Source: Marsupella aquatica
Lineage: Eukaryota > Plantae > Marchantiophyta
Length of the DNA stretch: 64,000 bases
Direction of reading: 5' to 3'
Assembly (NCBI GenBank): GCA_973895155.1
Contig: OZ316894.1
Coordinates: 11,339,892 to 11,403,891 of the forward strand
Of this stretch, positions 1-11,100 are shown piece after piece (the stretch's first letter is position 1; each line of letters begins with the position of its first letter). Under the pieces are notes generated by a model, which searched no databases, was not told the origin of the DNA, and saw only the letters and a list, made by a program, of their open reading frames with translations. Made by a program: the position numbers and the translations under genes.

Positions 1-30
1 AGTTATTGGATGTGACGTACCCTAGTTGTA

Positions 31-3000
31 ATGGACATGACCGGGGGCGTGATTCAGGACCTACCTCCTGGGAAGTCCTCCGCATTGTCACTTGTTTGGA
101 CTCTTAATCAAGCTATCATTCCTTGGGAACGCCTGACAGACTTTAGGGATGGGGAGGGCAGAAGAGATCCTAAATTTGAGACATCTTTTTACATTAGGAC
201 TTCAAAGAAATCAGATTCTGAGAACACAGATTGGGTAGAGTATAAGATATTCTGGTGTTCTTATGGCCCGCAAGAACACAATGTCAATCTATGTGTTCCT
301 CCTCTCCAAGGAACACATCCAAAGTCAGGAATTGGGAGCAGGCCACGTCTATGCAAAAAGAACTTCAACAATCACGCAAAAAGGAATTGTCAATGTCACT
401 TCATTGCAAAGAGATTCAAGATGATCCCTGACGCTATTCAAATCACGTATAGTAATAGGTACAAACTACTTTCTGACTCAAAATGAACTTCTATGACTCT
501 GTTCTTGCGTTCCAATTTGAGTTTTCCTTACTGTTCTGCCACCATGTACTCTTCACATCATAGTAAGTTATTTGCGATATAGTGTGTGTTCTGGCATCAA
601 ACTTCACTAAAACTATGTGATGTTGTTACTGTTCTGTCACCAAACATCACTGAAATTGTGTGTGGTTATTACTGTTCTGGTTGCAGAATCCATTGCAACC
701 TTAGAGGTGACATAGTGCATGGTTCTTGGGAGCATGAAATGGGGCCGCCAACATGGGAGCCAAAGTGTAGTGTTGCTCCATGGCTGACCAACGAGTTGCA
801 AAAACACCTAGAAGACTTGTTGAGGGCAAAGTGGTCTGTCCTTGACATATATGACCTACACTGCCAGTCACAATTTGAGAGGGATGGTGATGATCGTGGC
901 CATAATGTCACTGACATGGAAGTCACACTAAGCTTTGATGGTAGAGACGACCTTTTGTCAAAACAGGACCTGCGAAACCTGAAGAGGAAAATTGACAAAG
1001 AGTTGTGGTTATGGGATGACAATGACCAAGCCTCAATGCGGAAATGGAAATGCCTTTACCCTGAAAGAGTTTTTCTTTCCCATGAGTACTTGGAGGGACC
1101 TCCAGAGCAGGAGTTCATGCTTGGACTCCAATCACCTTGGCAGCTTGCTCAAATGACAAAGTTGTCTCATGGGTCGGTCTTGACCCTGGACTCCACATTT
1201 GCAATTAACGAATATGGGGTCAGTTCTCTTGGTCCCTTTCCTACATTATCTTTTATTCATTTTTGTGATGTTATCGTGTGTTTGAATTACCGTTCTGGTT
1301 GATTTCTATGTTGAATGACATTACTGTTTTGGTTTTTTTTGTATTGACTGACATTACTGTTCTGGCATGTAACCTTAATTACATTTGTTATGATGATAGT
1401 TTCCTTTCTTTACTCTTGTTGCATTTGATGAACACCAAATGGGACTACCCATAGCGTGGTGTATACAACAGTCAGAGTCAGCAGAACATATTGGGTTGTT
1501 TTTACAAGCTATGAAAGATAGAGCCTTGTTGACCAAACCGGATTGGAGTCCAAGTTGTTTCATCATCGACTGCGCTCAGGCTGAAGTTAGTGCCTTACAA
1601 GTAGTGTTTCCTAACATCCCAATATACTTCTGTAGTTGGCATGTCAGAAGGTATGTTTGAAACCACATACCACGGACCATTCTCATGTTTAGTTATCATC
1701 ATCACTTATAGAGTCTTTCTGTTACTGTTCTACCCATTTCACTCACAGGTACTTCCATACAGGGTTTGGAAGGAGAATCTGATCAAGAAGGTTCCCAACA
1801 GAGCCAAGCTCCTAAACATGAATGATGATCTTGGAGATTTAATGTATGCTGAGACTGAGGAAGACATGCAAGCCTTGTGGCATGCCTTCAAAATTAAATA
1901 CAACTCTGAAAAGCTATTTCTAAAGTATTTTGAGGACACTTGGATGTACAGAAGAGGTATGTGGTTTGCTATTTGGGGTATGCCTGGCCATTTTAGTAAA
2001 TTCTTTGTTGTCAACATGTCCATTTGGTCTAAGGTTTTTGTATTGTATTTATATCTTGCCATGTATTTTATTTTTGCAATGTTTTTGTAGCTGTTCTGTA
2101 CTGCACAAGTTTGTGTGCCTTTGTAGCTGTTCTGTATTGCATAATATCCTGTGTCTCTGTAGTTGTGGAATACTTCAGAACTCCGCTTGGATCTCTGGTA
2201 CTTAATGTTCTGGCATGTCTTATATTCCAGCAAAGTGGATGAGGGTTGTTCGATCAATGCCCCGTGCCAACCAGAATACAAATGGTGCAATTGAAGCTTG
2301 GCATTGCACTTTGAAAAAGATGATAAGGAGAGTAATAGGGGCCATTGGAGCACGTCGCCTTGATCGGATTGTGAATGCACTTTTTCAAGTGATGCTTCCA
2401 TTCTTTTGGTACAAAATTTGGTGCAAAGCAAGGGGAAGAGTCATCAACTACAAGAAAGAGGAAATAGTCTTGAATAGTCTCCACAAGGCAGAGCATCGAA
2501 TGAAAGACCATCAGGTCTGTTTTCCTGATCCAACATTGCCCAATCAGGCAATTGTGAAAAGTTTAAAACCTCATGGGAGAGAGTATATTGTGCGCAATAT
2601 ATATTCAAACTTTCCTTCATGCTGTTGTAAGTGGGCTGATGAAGGGAACATGTGCAAGCACCAATTGAAGGCATTGCTAGTGAGAGGTTGTCAAGGTGCT
2701 GTCTTTGTTCAACAACTAGGTACCAGGTTTGGTAGCCTCATGGGTGGCATCTCACATTTGAATGCGGATGAGAACATCCTGACACCACCTGAACATGTAG
2801 AAGTAGAAGGCCAAGTCGAGCCTCATGCGGTTTGTGAAACAATGGAATCTAGCCTTCATGTTTCTGTTCTGCCTAAAGAGAACCCAGAGCGGTCCCTCAG
2901 ACAATCTGTGCAACAGATGTTTGATGAGATTTTGCTCATTGTGGAAGGGGATGCCCGTCTAATAGAGCAAGTATTCCTGGCAACACAACTTACTTTGAAC

Positions 3001-3099
3001 AAAGTGAAGAGCCAAGAACAAACTAAACACCTCTCAATGAAAGACAATATAGGTCCTGTGGATGCTTTTGTTAGGCCTATGGGTCTTACATCCAAGTGA
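31..3099 (+). CDS. MULE-type DDE transposase with SWIM zinc finger (5 exons, ~757 aa)
   Basis: GT-AG exons 31-458, 687-1218, 1400-1650, 1763-1956, 2231-3099 join in one frame (2274 nt). Motifs: WCSYGP, CQCHF, LDSTF (D), FIIDC (D), FCSWH, AIEAWH (E), SWIM CCCKWADEGNMCKH. The TGA at 3097 may be premature, since degenerate coding-like sequence continues to ~3550. Confidence 0.88.
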
Positions 3100-3780
3100 C
3101 GTCTAGGTGTTGTGGACATTTACCACGATTGGGAAGAGAGGAAGGAGGACTATGGCTTTGAGGACAACACAAACAAGAAAACAAGCAACTTCGTCTCAAA
3201 TAATTACTAATATGGTAAGTTCTATATTTTTTTGTTTGTTCCAATTTCTGTTCTGTCCTGTATGAAAAACCAAATAATTGAAGAGCGGTAACTTAGCTTG
3301 AATGGCAGGAGGAGGATGGCACAACACCATGTAAACTACCATCCAAGCGCAAAGTGGTTCGGGAATCTATCACGCAGCATCTGAGTAGGTTAGGCAAGGA
3401 ATTTAAGGACGGTAGGCGGTGACGTAGGACAGCAAATCAGTTCACTCCACCACTTCCTGCTCGTGTCATGCACCTTGGAGGTGGTGCTAGGGATGTGGAC
3501 ATAAACACCAATATTGACCTCAATGTATCCCTTCATGAGGAGGCTTCATGATAATGAAATTTGGTGCTCAGTGACCACACAACACTGCTTATTAAGAGCC
3601 TTTTAAAAGTAACTATAAGTTACCTAGCTATTGACTAAACTCATTGATCTTAGGCATACTTCACATCTTGTGTGTGCAAATAAGTGGACACTAGAATAGT
3701 CACATAAATGCAAGTGTATTTCTCATTAGTTGAATGTGAGGAGGACAATGACCGTCAAAGTCTACAAAGAATTTTCATAT

Positions 3781-4290
3781 GCCAGAACAATCACACAAAC
3801 ACGAGAAACAATCATGGGTCACAAACGCGGGGCTGCCAGAACACTAAAACAAGTGCAACAGTACCCTTATACTTGTGCAAACACGGGGTTGCCAAAAGAG
3901 TCACATGAAGATGACAGCCCTTATATTTGGGCAATCGCAGGGCTGCCAGAACAGTCACACAAACACAAAAACCCTTGTAGCTAGGCAAACACGAGGCTGC
4001 CAGAACAGTCACATGAAGATGGTAGCCCTATATCTGGGCAATCGCAGGGCTGCCAAAACAGTCACACGAACACAAAAACCCGTGTAGCTAGGAAAACACG
4101 GGGTTGCCAGAACAATCACACAAAGATGACAACCCTTATATCTGGGCAATTGCAGGGCTGCCAGAACAGTCACATGAACACGTACGACAACTCTTGTATT
4201 CATTGGGCAAATGCACGGCTACCAGAACAGTCACACAAATGTATAAAATGTAGTGGTGCAAAAGAACAATTGCCAGAACAGTCACACAAA
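3781..4290. repeat. ~54-bp tandem repeat, 10 units with dimeric (~108-bp) higher order
   Basis: GCCAGAACAGTCACA-type core at 3781, 3835, 3891, 3945, 3999, 4052, 4106, 4160, 4221, 4272. It lies between the 3' ends of the two MULE genes. Confidence 0.9.
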
Positions 4291-4480
4291 TTTGGCGATG
4301 TATCACGACAATTCATTGCAAGCTGGAGAGTGAATGTACAAAGAGCAGAGTGCTTTCACACTATTTGGTTTCTTTTAATGTGTAAATAACTTCATTTGCT
4401 ACTATATAGATAGTTGCCAAGAGGCAGGCATAGTTACATTGGACATGGTTCAACCATGACATTTCCATTGATATCTATGT

Positions 4481-7456
4481 CTAGTGGGCTCTATACTTCC
4501 CTGCCTGAACAGGCAAAGAATCCAATTCCAGGGGTGGGAATTTTTGGCAGTCAGTCATGGGTCCAATGGTCTCAACTGTGACATTCTTGTCTGACTGAAG
4601 CTGAAGGGCTCTAAGCTGAATTCTGGTGGTTGTTAACAAGTCCCAATGGTGAGGGGCAATGGGGATGCCATCTGGTCCAACCCAGCAATATAGAGATGGC
4701 GGCCATGGATGAGCATTGTCAATTGCCGGAAAAGGTACCGCTATCTTCCTGTAGAGCATAACAGAAAGTGTAATTAGCAAAGTCCTCTTGCCTACGTCAT
4801 ACCTATATTCAGAGGGAGAGAATGGTTGGCAAGGCACTGTTACCTTGTGTGGTAAACCCATAGGAAAACTTGGAGTTGTGTGTAGGACTTCCGCCTCTTT
4901 GCGTGTAGTGGTAGCCAGACTTGTTTGCCATTTTTGGTTGATATATTGTAGCTTTCAATGAAGGGGATGACCTGCCCATCACTACCAACTATAGAATTGG
5001 GCAAAGCGGGGACAACACGCAGTAAATTTTCTGCTGCATGGGTTAGCAGGAGGCCTAATTCAGCCTTCCACCTGATCATACCCCATGACTCATCGGAACT
5101 TGGTGGTGTGATGGTCGGGAGCAATCCTACCAGAACAGTGACGAGAACAATAGTAAGTTGAATTCATTCCACAAATCCACAGAAAATGTCGTAAGTAAAA
5201 GTGAAATGACCATCAGTCCTCCCTGAAGTCCTCTTATCTTACCTCCAATAGTGGCAAGAACCCTGAACTTCTCTGGGGTTTTTGTCCTTGATCCCTTTTT
5301 CCTGGTTGTTGGCTTCTTCTTGAGCCTTTTTTTCTCTACGGAAGGAGTACCCTGCAACACAAAACAGTAATCCATAAAGAGTCAAAATTGCCTATCATGT
5401 ATATGAACAGGAGCAAACAAAATTAAAATTGACAATGCCCCTAAATTTGAATGACATTGCAAGTCATAGCGACTGAACTGCAATTAACTTAGGGTGTTAG
5501 CACACTGAACTTACTACACATAACCAGCTTACTACACATAAGAAATTGAATTGAAATAAAGAGTGTTACCAGACAAAATTGAAATAAATTATACAGTGCT
5601 AGCAAGTGCCCATACCTTAGTAGTAGACGGCACATTGGTGGCTTGTGTGTTTTCAATATCCTCTGAATGCTCTGTACTAGTGTGTACTCCAGAAGTTTCA
5701 CTGCCTCCGTCTGGTTCTTGCTCTTTTGTGCCTCCACCTTCATTTTCGTAGGATTCTTGATCATCTGGGAATCTAGTTTCATTTTCAATGTAGTCTGCTT
5801 GTTCAGTGGCTTATTCGGAGCCTGATTCAGTGCCTTGGTCTCTTGCTTCGTTGCCTTCATGTTCAAAGGCGGACTCTTCATTGTTGGCTTGATTTTTGGC
5901 ATTCATTCTACAGGACTTCTTGTTCTTCTTCATCACCAGTACCTCAGGAGTGTTTCTCTCCTTCATGACTATCTTCATGTGAAGGCTCTGTTCCATGGCT
6001 GATAGTGTCGGGGTCTTCTTCCGTAGCTTCCAAGACTTCCTTGTCCGCCACTTCCTACCGACCAAAACAGCAATAAAAACAAACAAGTATGAATTGTCGG
6101 AAGGGAAAGCTTGCAAACCAGAACAACAATAGAAACAAACAAGTATGAATTTTCAAAAGAGAAAGCTTGCAAACCAGAACAGCAATAGAAACAAACAAGT
6201 GTGAATTTTCAAAAGAGAAAAGCTTGCAAACCAGAAGAACAATAAAAACAAACAAGTACAAATTGTCGAAAGAGAAAGCTTGTGAAATGGTACGTCAGCA
6301 ACAACCATCTTTTTTTGTTTCTTCCTCTGGGTGGGTTTGTCATTGTTACGAGCTTCCCTTCTTTTTGCTCTTTCTTCTCGGTCAGGTTGAACTTCTGCCT
6401 GCTGCTCCTTTGCATGCATTGCTTTTTTCTTGCTCTTGGATGTAGGCTTTGTTGGGGGGTTTTCTGTTTCACGAGATGGCTTCCCCTTAGCCTTCTGGTT
6501 CTGGTTATGTTTCTTTTTTGGCTTCTGTATGGGTTTTTCTATTACCTTTCGTGAGTGGAAGACATACTTCTCAGTTTGAAAATTGGTTTGCTGCAAGTTG
6601 CATTCAGGCATTCCATCATCGCTGCTCCAATCTTTGAGTTCACATTCCGGCAAACAGGCCTAACATGCAATCATTTGAAAATTCAGATCACAAGAAAGTT
6701 ATGGCAGAATAGAGACACAAACAAACAATTAATCATGTATGAGGCAGAGCAATTTGGTAAGCGACAAACCTTAGCACGCATCTCCTCAGGATCAATGTCA
6801 GGACTATGCTTATTCCAAAATGCCACTGTGTTGTCCCTAACACTAGACAATGTGCTTGTGAAGGCAGCCAATCGCCTCCAGTGTTGGTACCTTTCTGTTG
6901 CCTTCTGAACTATCCATTTGGTTTCATCCCCCTCATGGTTGATCTTCAAATTATGTGCCCAACGTAACCACCATGTCAACTTCTGCCTCTTTTGCTTCCA
7001 CACCTGTCCACGAAATGACCCAAGTGTTGATTCTCTATTATGTTCAATCGCTACTGTACTTGGTGGATTCTTGAACATTTGCATGCCAGAACAGTGAACA
7101 TGACACAAAACATCACATAAATGCTGTCATGGCAGAACAATCACATATAATGCAAATAAAGTTACACACCTTTGTCGGGCTGAGGTCTTCGGACGACCTT
7201 TCTTACATTCTCCTGGGTTCATGCGATGTAAGGATCGCATGTGATCCAGGAAGGAGGTTCTTCGGATGAAATGTGTACAACTACCATCAGTCATCACCTT
7301 GCAAACATAACCAGATCTTGAAGTTCTGAGAAAGGAAGGGTTTTTCTGCCGGACCCAATGCACATTCTCTTGTGCCTCAGGAAATTGTGCCCATACTTCA
7401 GGTGGTGGGACAGGCAACTTGCTTTTCCTAGCCTGACTTGAAAATGACCGAGGCAT
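4481..7456 (-). pseudogene. MULE accessory gene (C2H2-like finger + AT-hook-like motif, acidic middle, unknown C-terminal domain), disrupted
   Basis: Putative exons ~7456-7170, ~7071-6770, ~6659-6294, ~6055-5617, ~5351-5212, ~5126-4481 with GT/AG borders. Motifs CKVMTDGSC-x12-H-x4-H and KKGRPK. The acidic exon has stops and a frameshift, and there is a frame change near 4860. Confidence 0.6.
6062..6285. repeat. 56-bp tandem repeat x4 (in an intron of the accessory gene)
   Basis: AAACAAGT anchor at 6081, 6137, 6193, 6250; units carry ACCAGAAC-like sites. Confidence 0.88.
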
Positions 7457-7977
7457 GGTCACAACACTATAAAATCGTCGAGATCACACTCACTGCAGAA
7501 TGAGCAACTTGCTGTCATAAATCCAGAACGGTAACACAAACAAAGAGTTTAGAGTGTAACTTTTATGAAAAATGATGATAACATGGCGCAAGTTGCAAGC
7601 TTAGTGGGGAACCTTCCGGCCCCGATTCCGCCACAAAATCTAATCGAGAAGAGCATGGGGATGGTTGTCTAAAAAAAACACACCGTCGTCGTCATTGCAA
7701 GGGGCAGTGTTGCGCCAATCTGCTTTCCAGCCGCACAATTGTCGAAACCCAAAAGAGCTGAAGTCTATGGCAAATTGAGGAAGTTACTGTCACAAAACCA
7801 GAACAGTAACACAAATAGAGAGTTTAGGTTTATGAAGAACGACGATTGCATAGTGCAAGTTGCAAGCTCAAACAGGGGACCTTATGCCCCACGCCACAAA
7901 ATGCAAGTAGCATGCATAAGAAACACAGACTGACAGACTTTCTCATCAAACACAGAGTCTCTGCAGGTATTTGTGAA

Positions 7978-8109
7978 GCGTTCACAAGGAATGATAGCTT
8001 GATTAAGAGTCCAAACAAGTGACAATGCGGAGAACTTCCCAGGAGGTGGGTCCTGAATCACGCCCCCTGTCATGTCCATTACAACTAGGGTACGTCACAT
8101 CCAATAACT
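7978..8109 (-). repeat. Inner part of the right inverted repeat; reverse copy of positions 1-132 including the first ~33 transposase codons
   Basis: ORF 7882-8079(-) begins MDMTGGVIQDPPPGKFSALSLVWTLNQAIIP, versus MDMTGGVIQDLPPGKSSALSLVWTLNQAIIP at 31(+). Confidence 0.92.
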
Positions 8110-11100
8110 GTGTGGGACTGGTAGAACGACTACACAAACACCATTGTTCTAACACATTTTACATGGAAAGAGATGACGGAGGCAATCTGTCCCACGATCA
8201 ATGCTCCTCAATAGTGATAGGGTCCACACATGCAAAAAGTGCACTGCAACGTTGCCAGTAACCTGATCTTGATCTTCTCTTGCTTGGGGCAGAGGCGCCA
8301 AGTACAGATTGCTGAACACTACTGAGGTGCTTAGTGAAACAAGAACCTAATACGAAAGACATTGTTAACATAATCCGTGGTGAAGGAAAAGTAAAAACAT
8401 ATATGCACAGTGGAAAAACACTGACAATCTTAACTGAAAAGGCCGAATCGCATTTGATAGTGCGGATGGGAGACAAGAAACAAGAGCTCAAGACTCTGCA
8501 AACTTCGGGCAGAACGCTCGCGCGCGCTAGAAAATGATATGACGACAAAACGCACAACGCTGCACATTGAGTATTTCCAGCAGCGGGACCACAATGATAA
8601 CAACTGAGAATGAGAACATGTGACAAAAATAGAGGAGGATTGGAGGCCGGGAAGCGTGTCCCACGCCCTAAAGGTCGTGAAATTTGAAATGGACGGAAAT
8701 TTTTAGTTCGTCGCCGATCGAGACTAATATATTTCAAGTGCGCCAGAACGATGATTGACGGACGCACGAGCTTGCGGGCAACAGCATTGGGATTAGTGAC
8801 GGGCAAGGTACGAGGCCCCAAGAAGACTGGGGAACTTTAATGCGATGTTTGATTTAACCCGATGTACTAACATCAGTTCATGTGTGTGAAAATAATATTA
8901 AAATAAAATTCATATGACTCGCACGAATTGTCAGTAAACCTGGAACTTGGACAATCTTCAATTAATATTAGTTACACTAAGTACTACTGGTGAGCAATGT
9001 AAAAGTGCCCCGCAGGGGAGTACCCCTATTGAGAGTACGGTCCCTAGAAACCTAGAGAGGATCAATATCGACCCTGCTGTGAGAGCCGTACCTCCAGTAC
9101 CGGCACTACAGGACAACGAGAGGATCAATATCGACCTGGCTGTGCGGTTCAGAGCTCCCGACTGCCAGGTGTGCCATCTGTACGTGGAGGGTTCAGAGAG
9201 GAGCGATGGATCGCAGCCCGTGCGTCACCGTATCTGCCATGTGGCAAGTGGCACCCTCTCATGAATCGTCAACCGCTAGACTGTCCGCTGTGCCAGTTGG
9301 AAGATTGCGTTCTCTGGTTCACAATTAAAGGGGCTCCGCTCACCTTATTTTATAAGGGGTTTTTCTTTTTGGCTAGCGTGTGACAAACTTCACCTTGCGT
9401 GATAAGTGCCTTGTGTCCCACGGAGAAGATGCCAAGAATATTATTTATCACATTTTACTAAACTGATTTTTTGTGACAGATACACATTCATGTCACCTTG
9501 TGCGAAAGAAAAATATTAAGAATATTATTTATTCTAGTCTTATCATAATGATTCCTGACAAGCAGATCTCCCTAGATTGAATTCAAGGCGGCTAGATTCT
9601 TGCTACTTAGGTTTGTGACTAACTGAAGTTTAGCCAGTACCGGTGAAGTCTATTTAGAGCAATAGAATCCAGTTAAATTTAGGAATGGTAACAAGCGCTC
9701 AATCAGCCGCTTTCTATGCCCTCCAGTCCACCACCGAATCCGAGGGGGGATAATTCCGCTGTGGGAAACCAATAAATCAGGTAGGGTGACTCAGGTAACA
9801 GTAATTATCCCAGATTATTTCCTGGCCATTCAGTGGTGCCCATCCAAGTGGATCTCCGACTTGTATTATTACGTACATCAAAACTCCAGCTACTCCCCTC
9901 ATTTGGCATCCCCCCATTTGGCACGCGCTTTTTACTTTCCTTTTCCTATGTTTTTTCTTTTTTGTCTAGAACGGCAAATTGCATTGGAAATATTATTAAA
10001 AGGCAAACATTTTTTTAATTTTTTATTTTTTATAATAAAAATTTTTATTACTGAAAAGGCCCCAAGAACCCCACAGCCAGGACCAGTGGGGGGCCAAGGG
10101 GCGAAACCCAGCAGCAAGCAAAAGACCACAGGCAAAGGCCGCAGCAACACCGGTGCCCAATAAACAAAGCCCCTGGGCCCTAGGTCAAGACTTTAGGGCG
10201 GGAATGAGTCCTAGTCAACCATCTACTAATGGTCAAAAAATGAATCCACCTACAGTCCCACATCCAGTGCACAAAATGGCATCCCAATGGATGCGCCTCC
10301 AATGAGAGAAAGCAAAGGTAATAGGTTCAGAATAATCCCACCTAGTATACTTACTATTGTGGTAGATAAACATTACTTTTAGTTTTACTCTGAACTAAAT
10401 ATACCCAACGGAAAGGTCCTACACAGGATTAGAACATGAGGTACGGTACACCACACCAAATTCATCCCTCACTAAAACATTGGTGGTGAGCTTGCACTAA
10501 GAAAGCCCTTTTAAACTGGGAAGCTTTCAGGAATTCTGTAAATGAAAAGGAATTTTCTCCACGTTTTAGACAATGATATTAACACGATCTCTTATTGCTA
10601 GGTCAAGTACCATAATATTGTGGCATCACCTAATAGTGATTGGTATCGGCGGTACACATAGTGTCAATATCTACAACAGTCGTGAGATATGGGAAACATT
10701 TACCCTAAAAATGGCACTACTATATGGCAATTTATATAACCCTCCCAGAGTGCCCGATGCTCTTTTGATGATTAGATTTTTTTAGTTATTTTACGAGCTT
10801 GCTTTTAGTTCCTTTCTATTTGAAATTGTCTTTCAGTTTTCACAAGTTTTAGTCATTCCTTTATCTGGAAATTTAGATTTTCATTTACCTTTTTTGGTTT
10901 TGAGAGAATTTTTAGAATAATTTTTAAATCCAGAAACTTTGTAGCTGGTTGAACCAGGGACCCTTCCTTTTACACACCAGTGACTAGCCCAACAATATGT
11001 AGACTTTTCTTGTCTGATACTAATGGGCTCACAACACTCTAGTATGTATCACAGAGAAGATAGAAGGATGGGCAATTGTAACAAAATAAGATCTATTTTC

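Larger units (their letters stand above)
1..8109 (+). mobile_element. Mutator-like (MULE) DNA transposon, two convergent genes, long terminal inverted repeats; left end lies outside the window and the right end is undetermined (probably 8.8-9.4 kb)
   Basis: Transposase on +, second spliced gene on -. Positions 1-~132 match the reverse complement of ~7978-8109 with about 4 mismatches, and the match runs off the window start. Confidence 0.8.

Noticed and set aside
586-686. N-terminal part of ORF 586-1302
   Set aside because: GTG start inside intron 1; the real exon starts at 687.
3708-4389. Short ORFs with GCQNSH / LPEQSH repeats
   Set aside because: Products of the 54-bp tandem repeat in several frames.
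8198-8821. 207-aa minus-strand ORF
   Set aside because: TTG start, no recognisable domain, and it lies in the probable TIR/5'UTR region.
10940-10990. tRNA/SINE B-box-like sequence on the minus strand
   Set aside because: No A-box or cloverleaf can be supported.
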